Below, piece by piece: positions 18,937-27,984 of a DNA stretch of 39,952 bases. This DNA comes from a virus (lineage: Duplodnaviria > Heunggongvirae > Uroviricota > Caudoviricetes). The notes beneath the pieces are model-generated. The model had not been told where the DNA came from and did not search any database. It was given only the letters and a program-made list of their open reading frames with translations. Location of the stretch: the IMG/VR virus record IMGVR_UViG_2880384115_000007. One strand, 5' to 3'. Every line of letters starts with the position of its first letter. Positions within the stretch are counted from its first letter, which is position 1. The position numbers were made by a program, and so were the translations under genes.

Positions 18937-19541
18937 CAGGACAACCTCGCAATGGTAAACTCGTCAACCGGTGGCTGTGGTTCCTGTGATTCATTCTGGC
19001 TATGCGAGCCAGCACTAAGAATCACGCGATTGTACATATTGAGAGCAAATGTACCGAGGTCTGCATTCCCAGTCAGCGCCATGTTAATAGCTGCCGCAAG
19101 ACGCCAGGCCAACGCCTCCATAAAAATGGCATCAAACATGTTCACATCTGTAACGCGAGAGACATACTTGAGCCATGCCTGAGGCTGGTCTGTGTAGATC
19201 AACTTTCCTGTTCCGTTGGTGTCTGCACCAACTTCGTACTGAACGCGCATTGCTGCTGTTGGATTGCGTACACCAGGAAGCATAATTTCAGTAATGCGCA
19301 GACAATCTGACGGGTACTGGTACGCATATTCCCAGTCAGGCGGTGGATTGCTCGTATCTGCAAGCGCCACGCGTTTGGTAGCAAAGTTCCAGTCAAAATC
19401 AGAAAGCACAGTATCACGGCAGGCCTCAAAGTGCAGCGAACATTCCCCCGCTTCCTTGCTGGCTTCCGTCAGGCTGTTAATGCTGCGGCTGTTGCCAATA
19501 TTGGACAGCGCACGATTACAGATCTCTACTACAGAGGCCAT
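18936..19541 (-). CDS. Tail tubular protein A-like (gatekeeper/adaptor)
   Basis: Start at ATG 19541 with GGAGGTGA RBS; about 200 aa, size and position match T7 gp11-like proteins. Confidence 0.45.
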   Translation of the reverse strand: MASVVEICNRALSNIGNSRSINSLTEASKEAGECSLHFEACRDTVLSDFDWNFATKRVALADTSNPPPDWEYAYQYPSDCLRITEIMLPGVRNPTAAMRVQYEVGADTNGTGKLIYTDQPQAWLKYVSRVTDVNMFDAIFMEALAWRLAAAINMALTGNADLGTFALNMYNRVILSAGSHSQNESQEPQPPVDEFTIARLS

Positions 19542-19864
19542 CACTCACCTCCGTTACCGTACAGAGTTTCAGCCGCTGATTTTTCTACATCCCCGGAAAC
19601 AGGAGCGATCGCCATATCAGTGATCTGCAGATCGGCGCTGCGATTAACGCCATCGTCAGTTTCTCTGGCAGACAGGCCTCGGATAACAGCCTTTGCAGTT
19701 ATCATCACTTCTGTTCCGACGCCCTGAGGTTGCGCCTTCAGCTTATTCAATGTGTCGTTATTCAGCGTGATGCACAGCCCCCACGGGTATTCATCGCGAG
19801 TTCTGGTTTCTCCGCTCTCATCCTGGTAGCTGTCAGTGCCGGTTTTGAGGTTTACGAGTTCCAT
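19541..19864 (-). CDS. Hypothetical head/tail accessory protein
   Basis: Start at ATG 19864 with AGGAG RBS (track start is GTG); 107 aa; lies between capsid and tail tubular genes. Confidence 0.4.
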   Translation of the reverse strand: MELVNLKTGTDSYQDESGETRTRDEYPWGLCITLNNDTLNKLKAQPQGVGTEVMITAKAVIRGLSARETDDGVNRSADLQITDMAIAPVSGDVEKSAAETLYGNGGE

Positions 19865-19914
19865 ATACACTCCTGCAATAAAGGGGCCGAAGCCCCTTGT
19901 CTCATCCGCGAGGC

Positions 19915-20250
19915 TTACACGCCCAGTTCTTTACGCTTATCTGCGATCTTCTCGCGGAGCGTTTCTGCTTTGGCGTTATGGTGTGGCTTCTCGTTAAAGA
20001 GCAATTCGTACTCTTCACGGAGCTTATCCAGTTCACCATCATCTGACACATCGTTGATGATTTTGGTGCTGGTTGCTGCCATAGACACCTTTCCTGCTAC
20101 CTTTGCTTTTGCCTGTCTGGCTGCATCGTTAACAGGTTCCAGTGCGCTACCAGGCTCACCTTCGTATTCGATTTCTGCCCCCTCCGGCCACAGAGTGTTA
20201 TGGATATGAGAGAGGCGCAGAACGCGGTATCTTGGTTTCTCACCTGACAT
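19915..20250 (-). CDS. Hypothetical virion protein (decoration or connector candidate)
   Basis: Start at ATG 20250 with AAGGTGA RBS; about 111 aa, charged C-terminal helix; followed by stem-loop 19881..19898. Confidence 0.4.
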   Translation of the reverse strand: MSGEKPRYRVLRLSHIHNTLWPEGAEIEYEGEPGSALEPVNDAARQAKAKVAGKVSMAATSTKIINDVSDDGELDKLREEYELLFNEKPHHNAKAETLREKIADKRKELGV

Positions 20251-20260
20251 CAATATCACC

Positions 20261-20698
20261 TTAACCAGTTACTTTTGAGCGGATCGGATACGGCGTATTG
20301 GCATCAACATCAAGACTGATACCAGCAGTGAATTCGCCAGCCGTTAGTGGGCCAGTTGCGACGGAGTAGTTAACACGCAGATATCGCTGAACACCGGCAG
20401 GCACCTTTGCAGAAACAACTCGTTTACCTGCTGTCAGGGCGGTCTTTGCCAGTGCGCCACTATCATAAATAGTGGTCCATGAGCTGTTATCCTCACTCGT
20501 CTGCAACTGGATGTTTACAGTTGCATCACCGCTTGCCGCGGCGGCTGTGTTAACCAGCGCCCAAAACTCAAGCGGGTAACCCACGCCGATATCACGACGT
20601 TTTCCGTCAATTGGACCGAGATCGATTACGTCAGTAGAAGCCGCGGTATTCGTAACCGCCTGAGCTTCGGAGAACATCAACAGTTTGTCGGTGATCAT
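20261..20698 (-). CDS. Hypothetical capsid-associated protein (decoration candidate)
   Basis: 145 aa, Ala/Thr/Gly-rich, directly downstream of the major capsid gene and its stem-loop. Confidence 0.45.
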   Translation of the reverse strand: MITDKLLMFSEAQAVTNTAASTDVIDLGPIDGKRRDIGVGYPLEFWALVNTAAAASGDATVNIQLQTSEDNSSWTTIYDSGALAKTALTAGKRVVSAKVPAGVQRYLRVNYSVATGPLTAGEFTAGISLDVDANTPYPIRSKVTG

Positions 20699-20749
20699 CT
20701 TCTTTCTCCATTAGTGGGTCTGTTACGACCCACAGGTTAATAACAGGCG

Positions 20750-21742
20750 TTACACCACGCGGGCTTCTGTTTCCAGAAGCGCATCAGTCTCACGGATTGG
20801 TACACCACGGAATGAAGTCCACCACTCGCCTTCTGTCTCTTTTACGCTGATCGCCAGAGATGTTTTCTCCAGAGATTGCAGATCAAGCGCCTGGCCTACA
20901 GTGCGGTTCATGTAGAACACCGGGCTGCCCATGCCACGGTTTGGAATGCGATGCAGTGCTTTAACCATCAACTTCGCAATATTTGCTGCAGAGGAAGGTT
21001 CTGAAAGATTGCTGACATCGATGTTTGCAATGCGAACAACATAACGCCAGTCACGGAGAGCAAGCCCGTTGTCCCATTTGTAATGGGTACGGTAGCCTTC
21101 GTACTTGCCGCCATCCGCATCTTTCAGTGTCACCTGGCCTTTATCTTCCATCTGGATGCCAGCCTTCTGCCCTTTCGGGAAGATGCCATGCACGGTGTTT
21201 TCGCCCCACACCACTAACCAGATTGAGGTGTTATCTGTACCCGTGCCACCAGCATCAATGATGTTCTGAGCATTACCCGCAGACAGGCTGGAATAGCGGG
21301 AGGACAGTCCCATAAACTGCTGAGGGTTAACGCTGGAATCACCATAAAACAGCGTCTGCGCCATCTGCTGATTCATCGCTTCAATAAATGCGCGGTCTTC
21401 AGACAGGCGGAATTCGGCGGTATTGCCGTTCAGATCAGCCAGTGACCTATCGACTTCAGCATAGGTTTCCAGCATGCCAACGGAATCGGTTACCTGCACT
21501 GTGGTTGATTTGCTTGGCTGTACGCCATAGTTCAGCAAACGCCAGGTAGCTGAAGGTAAACCAGAACGAATGGTGGTTCGGTGTCCGGTAGGAAGGTTCC
21601 CTTCGACAAAAGGCATATCCTGAAGGATCGGGTTAGTTTGACCGAGAAGCTCGATAATCTTATCGACTTTCCCGTTTGGATCGACGCGCTTACCCCAGTC
21701 AGCCAGCGTTAGCGCAGTTAAGCCTTTAACAGCCATTGTCAT
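20750..21742 (-). CDS. Major capsid protein
   Basis: 330 aa with AGAGAGGA RBS; follows portal and scaffold; stem-loop (20714..20733) downstream typical of highly expressed capsid genes. Confidence 0.7.
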   Translation of the reverse strand: MTMAVKGLTALTLADWGKRVDPNGKVDKIIELLGQTNPILQDMPFVEGNLPTGHRTTIRSGLPSATWRLLNYGVQPSKSTTVQVTDSVGMLETYAEVDRSLADLNGNTAEFRLSEDRAFIEAMNQQMAQTLFYGDSSVNPQQFMGLSSRYSSLSAGNAQNIIDAGGTGTDNTSIWLVVWGENTVHGIFPKGQKAGIQMEDKGQVTLKDADGGKYEGYRTHYKWDNGLALRDWRYVVRIANIDVSNLSEPSSAANIAKLMVKALHRIPNRGMGSPVFYMNRTVGQALDLQSLEKTSLAISVKETEGEWWTSFRGVPIRETDALLETEARVV

Positions 21743-21750
21743 TTCCTCTC

Positions 21751-22446
21751 TTATTTGCCATAGAGCACTTCGGCCGCACTACGCTGGCCTTCATTACCAC
21801 CGGTGACCATGCCATCTTCAGACATCGCCTTTCCGATTTTCACGAACGTCTTGACCAGATCAGGGTGATTACCCAGTCCGGTGGTGTTCAGATATTCTTT
21901 GAGCTCAGGTGTCCCGAACTGGTCAAGCGCACGCTGCGCGGCGCTAAGGTTAGAAATCAACTTGTCGCCACCGATTTCTTTGTCAGCTTTTACATCCGCA
22001 GCCCACTGCTCGGTTGTTTTCTGCCAGGCTTCTGCCTGGCGCTGCTGAACACCTGCCAGAATCTTCGGATAAGCATCAACCAGCTTTTGCGCTTGCTCGT
22101 TGGTCAGGTTAAGTTCTCGCGCCACCGGCTCGAATTCCTTCAACGCTTCTGTATCCAGCTCTACGCCTTCGGCAGCCTGAAACTCGTACTTCTCAGGCGC
22201 ACCCTCTGGTTTATCGCCGTCCTTTTTTTCATCCTGCTTATCGTTTTCAGGCTTTTTGTCATCAGCAGGTTTATCGCCATCAGCAACAGGTTGTGGCTTA
22301 TCACCTTCCTGTTGTGATGGATCACCAACTGGAGCAGGGTTATCACCTGCAGGAGCTGACGGTTCTGACGCAGCCGGAGCTGCTCCACCATCGACTGGTT
22401 GCTCATTGCAAAGACGGCTATACAGCAAACGCTCAAATAAATTCAT
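21751..22446 (-). CDS. Scaffolding protein (putative)
   Basis: Start at ATG 22446 with AGGAG RBS; acidic Pro/Asp/Lys-rich N-terminus then helical region; located between portal and capsid. Confidence 0.5.
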   Translation of the reverse strand: MNLFERLLYSRLCNEQPVDGGAAPAASEPSAPAGDNPAPVGDPSQQEGDKPQPVADGDKPADDKKPENDKQDEKKDGDKPEGAPEKYEFQAAEGVELDTEALKEFEPVARELNLTNEQAQKLVDAYPKILAGVQQRQAEAWQKTTEQWAADVKADKEIGGDKLISNLSAAQRALDQFGTPELKEYLNTTGLGNHPDLVKTFVKIGKAMSEDGMVTGGNEGQRSAAEVLYGK

Positions 22447-22448
22447 GA

Positions 22449-22745
22449 TCACTCCTGTTCACTGGCCTCTTTGGCCATCTTCAAATACTGTTCAGGGCAA
22501 TGCGCCATAACGCGCTGAAACAGTTCCAGCGCCAGATTGCGTTGCCCCTCATTAAATGCCATTGCCATAGCGTCCATCGGTGAGATAGCGGAAAACACAC
22601 GGCCTTTCTCCAGCACCGACCAGACAACGCGACGCCCTTGTTCACTGCTCATGACAAAGCGAATGTCATCAATTTCACGCTGCGCCATGTCACGTTGCTT
22701 ACGGGCGTTTTCTTCTTTCAGTTGATCGTCTTCGTAATCTGTCAT
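22449..22745 (-). CDS. Hypothetical small head-assembly protein
   Basis: 98 aa charged helical protein coupled between portal and scaffold genes. Confidence 0.4.
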   Translation of the reverse strand: MTDYEDDQLKEENARKQRDMAQREIDDIRFVMSSEQGRRVVWSVLEKGRVFSAISPMDAMAMAFNEGQRNLALELFQRVMAHCPEQYLKMAKEASEQE

Positions 22746-24421
22746 TGTGATTGCCCACCCTGACCACTAACTGCATTCGCCATAGCTGTCAAAACACTCG
22801 GATCCGAAGTTTTAGCTTCGCTTAGCGTCTTGGCACCCTGTGCCGCCGCCATCCCCACCGCCATCATTTGTTGTTGCTGTTGCTGCTGTGCCCGTTGCTG
22901 GCGAGCCTGCTCAACCTGTTCCTGCGGAACAATGACGGTTGGAGACACTCCGGACATATCAGCGAATGCATCGATCGCCTGATCAACGTTGAGTTTGTCG
23001 AGAGCTTCTGGTTTCGCTTGCGCAAGTTGACCAATGAAGTTAACCGTGGACGCCAGACTGGACAGGCCGATAGACTTCTGCGCCTGAGCCATGACGGAAA
23101 TGTATTCGACCTTCAGGGGCATACCTTCCATCACGTCTGGCGGTGGCGGCAGCATGTTTTTACGCACCATCATCGAGAAAGCGCGGTCAATGAGAGGATT
23201 AAGACATTCGTCGTTCAGGCGCTCCAGAACCGGCCCCAACATCAGAAGTTTTTCTTCTTTCATTTCGATCACCGCTTCAACAGGCATCGAGCGGGTATTG
23301 ATGTTCTGCAACATCATGAACAGATCGACAAAGTAGGCGCTGTTAATGATTTGACGAGTGTCCTGAATGTCTGCTACCAAATCTGCTGTACTGGGGTTAA
23401 CCAGATAAGCAGGCCTGAAGCCATCCTGACCAGTAATCTGATCGATATACGTGATGTCGCCAGGAAGAAGGGAGGCGCGCTGATTCTTGAGGGAAGTCGG
23501 AGCAACCATCGGCGGATTGGTGGCTTTATCAATCAACTGCGACTTGCGCTTCTGGAGAAGCTGCAATGCCTTAACAGGTCCAAGCGCCAGCATACCCGGG
23601 CATGATGATCCATAAACATCTTCGCCGTTAACTTCCCAGCGCGGAGCCATAATTGGAAACTCATCAAATCCGGACTCACGCAACAACTTGTCGTTATCGC
23701 CACCAACCTCGTAATAAACCGATTTGAATGGCTTGTTCTTGCTATCCAGCTTCGATGTATCGCGGTCAATGTTCGGGTAAACCGAATGCATCACGTCAAT
23801 CCACTTCTCGTAGGTGCCGCTTTCCCACATGCTTTTTACGGATTCGCTGACGTTATTTAGCCCGAACTCCTGAACAAGCTGACGAACAGTCATAGAGAAC
23901 TTGCGAAAACAGGTGTCCACACTGCCACGAGGTGAGTTAGCCAGGTAGTAACTGCCTATCGGGAATGGCATTGTGCGAATGATGTCCTCGTCATCCTCCA
24001 GCACCGCCATTGCACCAGTGCTGTATGTGCCGAGGCTTCCGTATAACTGCGGAAGAGACTGGTAGAGATTCGACTTATTGAACATATCGTTCATGCGGTT
24101 CTGCACCGCCTCGAGCCACAACTTAACAGGACCATAATCCATCATTTCAGGATCTGGCGTAGCCAGGCGAAACCACGGACGCGCAGGGCTTGTGATGCCT
24201 GACATCATGCCGCTGGCGAGAGTGCGCGCCGCCATAGTCCCGGTCGAATCAATAATGCGTGTATTGCGTCGATCGTTACGGTTGACCTCAGAAGTCAGAA
24301 AGCGGGAACCACGCGGGTTGATGTAATCACTCAACTCGCGCCAGTGCGGCTCGAACGACTGACGCTCGCTTTCAAGTTGTGCGAACTGTTTGTTCAATCG
24401 CTCTTTAGTTGTTTCCGCCAT
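22742..24421 (-). CDS. Portal protein
   Basis: 559 aa; size and position (after terminase, before scaffold and capsid); Gln/Ala-rich C-terminal tail common in podoviral portals. Confidence 0.75.
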   Translation of the reverse strand: MAETTKERLNKQFAQLESERQSFEPHWRELSDYINPRGSRFLTSEVNRNDRRNTRIIDSTGTMAARTLASGMMSGITSPARPWFRLATPDPEMMDYGPVKLWLEAVQNRMNDMFNKSNLYQSLPQLYGSLGTYSTGAMAVLEDDEDIIRTMPFPIGSYYLANSPRGSVDTCFRKFSMTVRQLVQEFGLNNVSESVKSMWESGTYEKWIDVMHSVYPNIDRDTSKLDSKNKPFKSVYYEVGGDNDKLLRESGFDEFPIMAPRWEVNGEDVYGSSCPGMLALGPVKALQLLQKRKSQLIDKATNPPMVAPTSLKNQRASLLPGDITYIDQITGQDGFRPAYLVNPSTADLVADIQDTRQIINSAYFVDLFMMLQNINTRSMPVEAVIEMKEEKLLMLGPVLERLNDECLNPLIDRAFSMMVRKNMLPPPPDVMEGMPLKVEYISVMAQAQKSIGLSSLASTVNFIGQLAQAKPEALDKLNVDQAIDAFADMSGVSPTVIVPQEQVEQARQQRAQQQQQQQMMAVGMAAAQGAKTLSEAKTSDPSVLTAMANAVSGQGGQSQ

Positions 24422-24435
24422 TTCAATGACTCCGG

Positions 24436-24642
24436 TTACTGACCAAGCAGCGTTTTACCGCTGGTATTAGCGGTTGATGTGTCGCCCTGAGAACCGGTAA
24501 GCAGCGTAGAACTACGACCAGCAGCAGCGCGACGGCGACGTGTTTCTTCGTCGCGGGCATCAACAACGGCGGCATCCTGCTCCTGTGGTGCTGCCTGAAC
24601 TTCTGGTGTTGCAGGCACTGATGGTGAGCTACCCATGCACAT
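24436..24642 (-). CDS. Small hypothetical protein upstream of portal
   Basis: 68 aa with GGAG RBS 8 nt before ATG; Ala/Thr/Ser/Arg-rich; ends 14 bp before the portal start. Confidence 0.35.
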   Translation of the reverse strand: MCMGSSPSVPATPEVQAAPQEQDAAVVDARDEETRRRRAAAGRSSTLLTGSQGDTSTANTSGKTLLGQ

Positions 24643-24732
24643 ATCAATGACTCCGTACGCAATTAAATTATTACCAATTTAACCACATATGATTTATTTA
24701 TCGTAGAAGGTTGACATTTGACGCGCGAATTA

Positions 24733-24747
24733 TTACCTTTCAGGTAA
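24733..24747. promoter_or_regulatory. TTACC-N5-GGTAA dyad in the portal-operon promoter region
   Basis: TTACCTTTCAGGTAA; TTGACA hexamer at 24711..24716 and conserved box AACCACATATG at 24681..24691 nearby. Confidence 0.55.
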
Positions 24748-25069
24748 CTAAAGAGCTCATTCCGGCTACTAACCTGACTGGCTTGTCGTTAAATTGAACA
24801 GGTGGAGTGAGATTTTATTTTGAGCAGTACGGCGTATGGCACATGCGCCGATAGCGGTCTGGATACGTTTAAGGGGCACCCTCCCTTGCTCGGGCAAACG
24901 AACCAGGTAGCCGGAATGTGCAAGTCGAGCGGTTTTATTCCGCGCACGGGGATTCACCATCCTGGCGATTCGGTGTGACGCCTCGGAAGAGACGAGGGTA
25001 CAACGATGAGAGCATTTATGGAGCCGCGACAAAGTGTGGCGCCTTAACAGGCTAAGTGCTCTCAGCGTT

Positions 25070-25146
25070 GTGGTATTAGCTCAGTTGGACAGAGCAACCG
25101 CCTTCTAAGCGGTTGGTCGCAGGTTCGAATCCTGCATGCCACGCCA
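25070..25146 (+). tRNA. tRNA-Arg (anticodon UCU)
   Basis: 77-nt cloverleaf folded by hand: 7-bp acceptor stem (one GU), D-arm GCTC/GAGC, anticodon stem ACCGC/GCGGT with loop CTTCTAA (anticodon TCT), T-arm GCAGG-TTCGAAT-CCTGC, 3' CCA encoded. Confidence 0.85.
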
Positions 25147-25189
25147 GAATCACGCCTAAGGACCGTGATACCAGAAGTTCCAGGTGCTT

Positions 25190-25231
25190 GGCGGTGATGG
25201 TTTCCCTTGAAGGACTATCACCGCCCTTTTT
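25190..25231 (+). terminator. Stem-loop terminator downstream of the tRNA
   Basis: 9-bp stem GGCGGTGAT / ATCACCGCC with 18-nt loop followed by five T. Confidence 0.5.
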
Positions 25232-25309
25232 ACAGCAGGACGCCATTGCGATGACTTCATGCTGTAAACCCGTACAGCCACGGAAGGCATAACTCATTGC
25301 TTCCAGTTC

Positions 25310-25333
25310 GCCCGGTTCGCCGGGCATTTTTTT
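25310..25333 (+). terminator. Rho-independent terminator (UUCG tetraloop)
   Basis: GCCCGG-ttcg-CCGGGC followed by seven T; ends about 10 nt before the RBS of 25345..25716. Confidence 0.65.
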
Positions 25334-25344
25334 AAGGTGAGATT

Positions 25345-25716
25345 ATGAACGACCAGCAAATCGAAAAAGAAATCGTTGAGAAAGGCAAAACGGCACCGCG
25401 CGTTACGCCAGACCATATCGAAGGCATTATTGCTCAGGAGGCATATTTCACAGCAGAAGATGGTGCCTTTGGCAAAGCCATAAAAGCGAAACATACTGGC
25501 GGAGAGGTAAACTACCAGCCGCACGAATCACTTTCTCTGCTGACGTTCTGCGTCCTGGTGCTGCGCAACGGCTTCACCGTCACCGGAGAGAGCGCCTGTG
25601 CAAGCCAGGAAAACTTTGATGCAGAAATTGGTCGGAAGATTGCCCGGCAGAATGCTGTAAACAAAATCTGGATGCTCGAAGGTTACTTGCTGAAGCAGAA
25701 GCTAAGCGAGCAATAA
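25345..25716 (+). CDS. Conserved phage protein, possibly Gp49/Sf6-gene-66-like family
   Basis: 123-aa ORF with AAGGTGA RBS; contains the block LRNGFTVTGESACASQENFDAEIGRKIARQNA that I associate with that family (from memory, unverified). Confidence 0.5.
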   Translation: MNDQQIEKEIVEKGKTAPRVTPDHIEGIIAQEAYFTAEDGAFGKAIKAKHTGGEVNYQPHESLSLLTFCVLVLRNGFTVTGESACASQENFDAEIGRKIARQNAVNKIWMLEGYLLKQKLSEQ

Positions 25717-25720
25717 CACC

Positions 25721-25732
25721 GTGACATGTCAC
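25721..25732. repeat. Perfect 12-bp palindrome GTGACATGTCAC, copy 2 of 3
   Basis: Starts 5 nt after the stop of 25345..25716 and just before the bidirectional terminator; identical to copies at 8164 and 27985. Confidence 0.8.
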
Positions 25733-25735
25733 AAA

Positions 25736-25763
25736 CAGCCAGCCGATGAGCTGGCTTTGTTTT
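25736..25763. terminator. Bidirectional terminator between convergent genes
   Basis: Stem AGCCAGC / GCTGGCT with 6-nt loop, flanked by AAACA and TTGTTTT. Confidence 0.6.
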
Positions 25764-25806
25764 ATCCTCATCAGAGGATATCAACGACATTATCCCCACC
25801 AGCGGA

Positions 25807-27282
25807 TTAAGCATATGGATCGTAATCTGTGATGGCCTTGCCTTGCTGGTTCTGCTGCCCGGGAATTCGCAGACGCTTCGACACAGGGAACGCAAACGTC
25901 AGCAGTAGCGCATCGCCTTTACCAGGAGAACGCCCAAGCCGCTCCTTGATATCTTCCTTCGGTTCGATAACGATTTTACCGTCCACTCGAACTTTGTACT
26001 CTGCCGCAGACAGGTCGTCCGCTGTTTCCTGGTCATCCAGCATGCCGCCCAGCCTCAGCCATGTCTTGCATGAGTTGAACATCTCCCCACGCTTGTTGAG
26101 CATCTGCGGGTCAGTAGACGCGCCACCGAACGGAACAAGTTGCCATGTACGACCCCAGCCATCACCGATTGACTTCAGACCAGTTCCGTAACCGAAGTCG
26201 ATGAACACCGCGTCAGCCTGGTACTGGTCTTCAAAGTCAGCGATACGCTTCGCCATAATCAGATCGTCGGTGGTCTTGTTACCAGTCCATAGCACCTTAC
26301 TGTGCAGCCCCTGCCGCAGGTATATCACCGCGTCATCAACGCCTGAATATGCCGGGTCAACACCGATTATCACCGGAGCATGCGCCACCTGCGCAGCGGT
26401 TACCACCCGTTTCATTGCCTCATCAGTAAGACCGGTAGGGATAAACTGCAATTCAGATGCATCAGGGAATATGCCGCGCACACGGATTTTAACGAAGTCG
26501 CTGTCTTCCCCGTAGTCATCAACCCATTTCTGCAACTGCTGTTTGTTAGTGCCTTCCACCGTCCGGCTGTCAATCTGCGCAGTTTTCCAGCGGTGTTTAT
26601 ATTTGCGGAAACATTCACGGAATCGCCCGGTATTACGCGTCGGGTTTCCGAACGCCACCCAGATAATCTCAGTGTCTTCGTCCGTTAGCGCACCTTCGGC
26701 AACTTCCCACACCAGATCCGCAATATTCGACGCTTCATCGAATACCACGATGATGCGTTTGCGCTCGTTGTGTAGTCCGGCGAATGCCTCAGTGTTGTGC
26801 TCAGACCAGGGGATTGCGTCAGCTCGCCACCGCTTGTCGTGTCCAGGGTCATTGCTGTACATCGCGGTAGCTGTACAGGTAAACCAGTCTTTCGTGATAG
26901 CAAGGTTTGACCACTTGATAATTTCCGGCCAGGTCTTCGTTCGTAGCTGGTTGTCGGTGTTGGCGGTCACCACGACCTTACAATCCTCGCAAGTGGACAT
27001 GCCCCAGTTGATCAGCATTGAGATGAATGCGGATTTACCAATACCGTGACCCGAAGCACGTGCCAGCATAAGCGGCTGATAGCGCGTCTCTGGATTCTGC
27101 AGGTGATCACGTATCTCTCGGAACGCATCAGCCTGCCACTTACGTGGGCCGGTAGCATGTGCCAGTTCAGTCCCCTCTTCCCCCCACGGGAACGCATAGA
27201 GGGCATAGCCAAGCGGATCGTGAGTGAACCCTGCAATATCCTCGATCAACTGCTCTTCAGGAGATAACGCTGTATCTGTCAC
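25807..27282 (-). CDS. Terminase large subunit
   Basis: 491 aa; N-terminal ATPase region with Walker-A-like GHGIGKS and C-terminal nuclease-like region; GTG start overlapping the small-subunit stop. Confidence 0.8.
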   Translation of the reverse strand: MTDTALSPEEQLIEDIAGFTHDPLGYALYAFPWGEEGTELAHATGPRKWQADAFREIRDHLQNPETRYQPLMLARASGHGIGKSAFISMLINWGMSTCEDCKVVVTANTDNQLRTKTWPEIIKWSNLAITKDWFTCTATAMYSNDPGHDKRWRADAIPWSEHNTEAFAGLHNERKRIIVVFDEASNIADLVWEVAEGALTDEDTEIIWVAFGNPTRNTGRFRECFRKYKHRWKTAQIDSRTVEGTNKQQLQKWVDDYGEDSDFVKIRVRGIFPDASELQFIPTGLTDEAMKRVVTAAQVAHAPVIIGVDPAYSGVDDAVIYLRQGLHSKVLWTGNKTTDDLIMAKRIADFEDQYQADAVFIDFGYGTGLKSIGDGWGRTWQLVPFGGASTDPQMLNKRGEMFNSCKTWLRLGGMLDDQETADDLSAAEYKVRVDGKIVIEPKEDIKERLGRSPGKGDALLLTFAFPVSKRLRIPGQQNQQGKAITDYDPYA

Positions 27283-27875
27283 TGATTACCATCCTGACGT
27301 TCTTTGAGTCGCTTCCTGGCTGCTGCTATGCGATCAGCAATTGTCACATTCACATTAACATCCAGACGTTCTTTGAACGCGTTGACATCAACATGCTTAC
27401 CAATCAGCTCAAGGTTCTTCACCTTGTCAGGCCATTTAATTTTTTTGAGGATTGTCTCTATCGAATCCTCGTTCATGTTCATGATGGTCGATGACAGATC
27501 AAAGCCACTAAGCGTAGTGCGCCAGATTTTCGGCCACTCACGGATTGGTTTAAGGCTCCCATCGTCGTTGAGGATGTCGATCACGTCCATCTGGTCGATC
27601 TCCACCAGGCGCATGAGAACGTAATCAGCACTGACGCGCATTCGTTTGTTGCGCTCCTCCATCAACTCGGCAATCCGTTTTTGAATGCGTTCATCGCGCA
27701 TCATGACGCTGGCTTTAACTGCCGCTGTATTTGGGGAGAATCCTGCGTTAATCGCTGCCTGAGTCTGGTTTTCAGGCGTTTTGATGTATGACTGGCAATA
27801 AGCCTCCTGCATTGCTGTTAGTGGCTTAAATTGCGTTGATTTGCGTTTATAGGTTTTAGGTTCAGCAGGCATCAT
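27279..27875 (-). CDS. Terminase small subunit
   Basis: Start moved to ATG 27875 (RBS GGTGG upstream); conserved block YCQSYIKTPENQTQAAINAGFSPNTAAVKAS typical of small terminase subunits; the track's longer N-terminus would put the palindrome at 27985 inside its RBS. Confidence 0.65.
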   Translation of the reverse strand: MMPAEPKTYKRKSTQFKPLTAMQEAYCQSYIKTPENQTQAAINAGFSPNTAAVKASVMMRDERIQKRIAELMEERNKRMRVSADYVLMRLVEIDQMDVIDILNDDGSLKPIREWPKIWRTTLSGFDLSSTIMNMNEDSIETILKKIKWPDKVKNLELIGKHVDVNAFKERLDVNVNVTIADRIAAARKRLKERQDGNQ

Positions 27876-27984
27876 AACCACCGTGGTAATAGTTACCGTT
27901 TTGGTAATAGTACCATGCAAAATAAAGCCGCCATAGTTGGCGGCAGTATCCAAAACCGTCAAATTCATCATGCATAATCTACTC

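Noticed and set aside
22868-23605. 245-aa plus-strand ORF inside the portal gene (likewise 9652..10113, 11920..12396, 14785..15402, 26543..27049, 30490..31191 and others)
   Set aside because: Antisense or shadow ORFs entirely within well-supported large genes; low-complexity products (Leu/Arg/Cys-rich), no RBS, no coupling to neighbours.
24769-25032. 87-aa Arg-rich minus-strand ORF upstream of the tRNA
   Set aside because: No RBS, highly basic low-complexity product in a GC-rich leader; the region is more plausibly non-coding RNA or regulatory.
25070-25146. tRNA-Arg as the prophage integration site
   Set aside because: The integrase is about 14 kb away at the far right end, the tRNA is complete and internal to the late region, and phage genes continue on both sides.
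25076-25327. 83-aa minus-strand ORF
   Set aside because: It runs antisense across the tRNA-Arg gene and both terminators; the product is the reverse translation of structured RNA.
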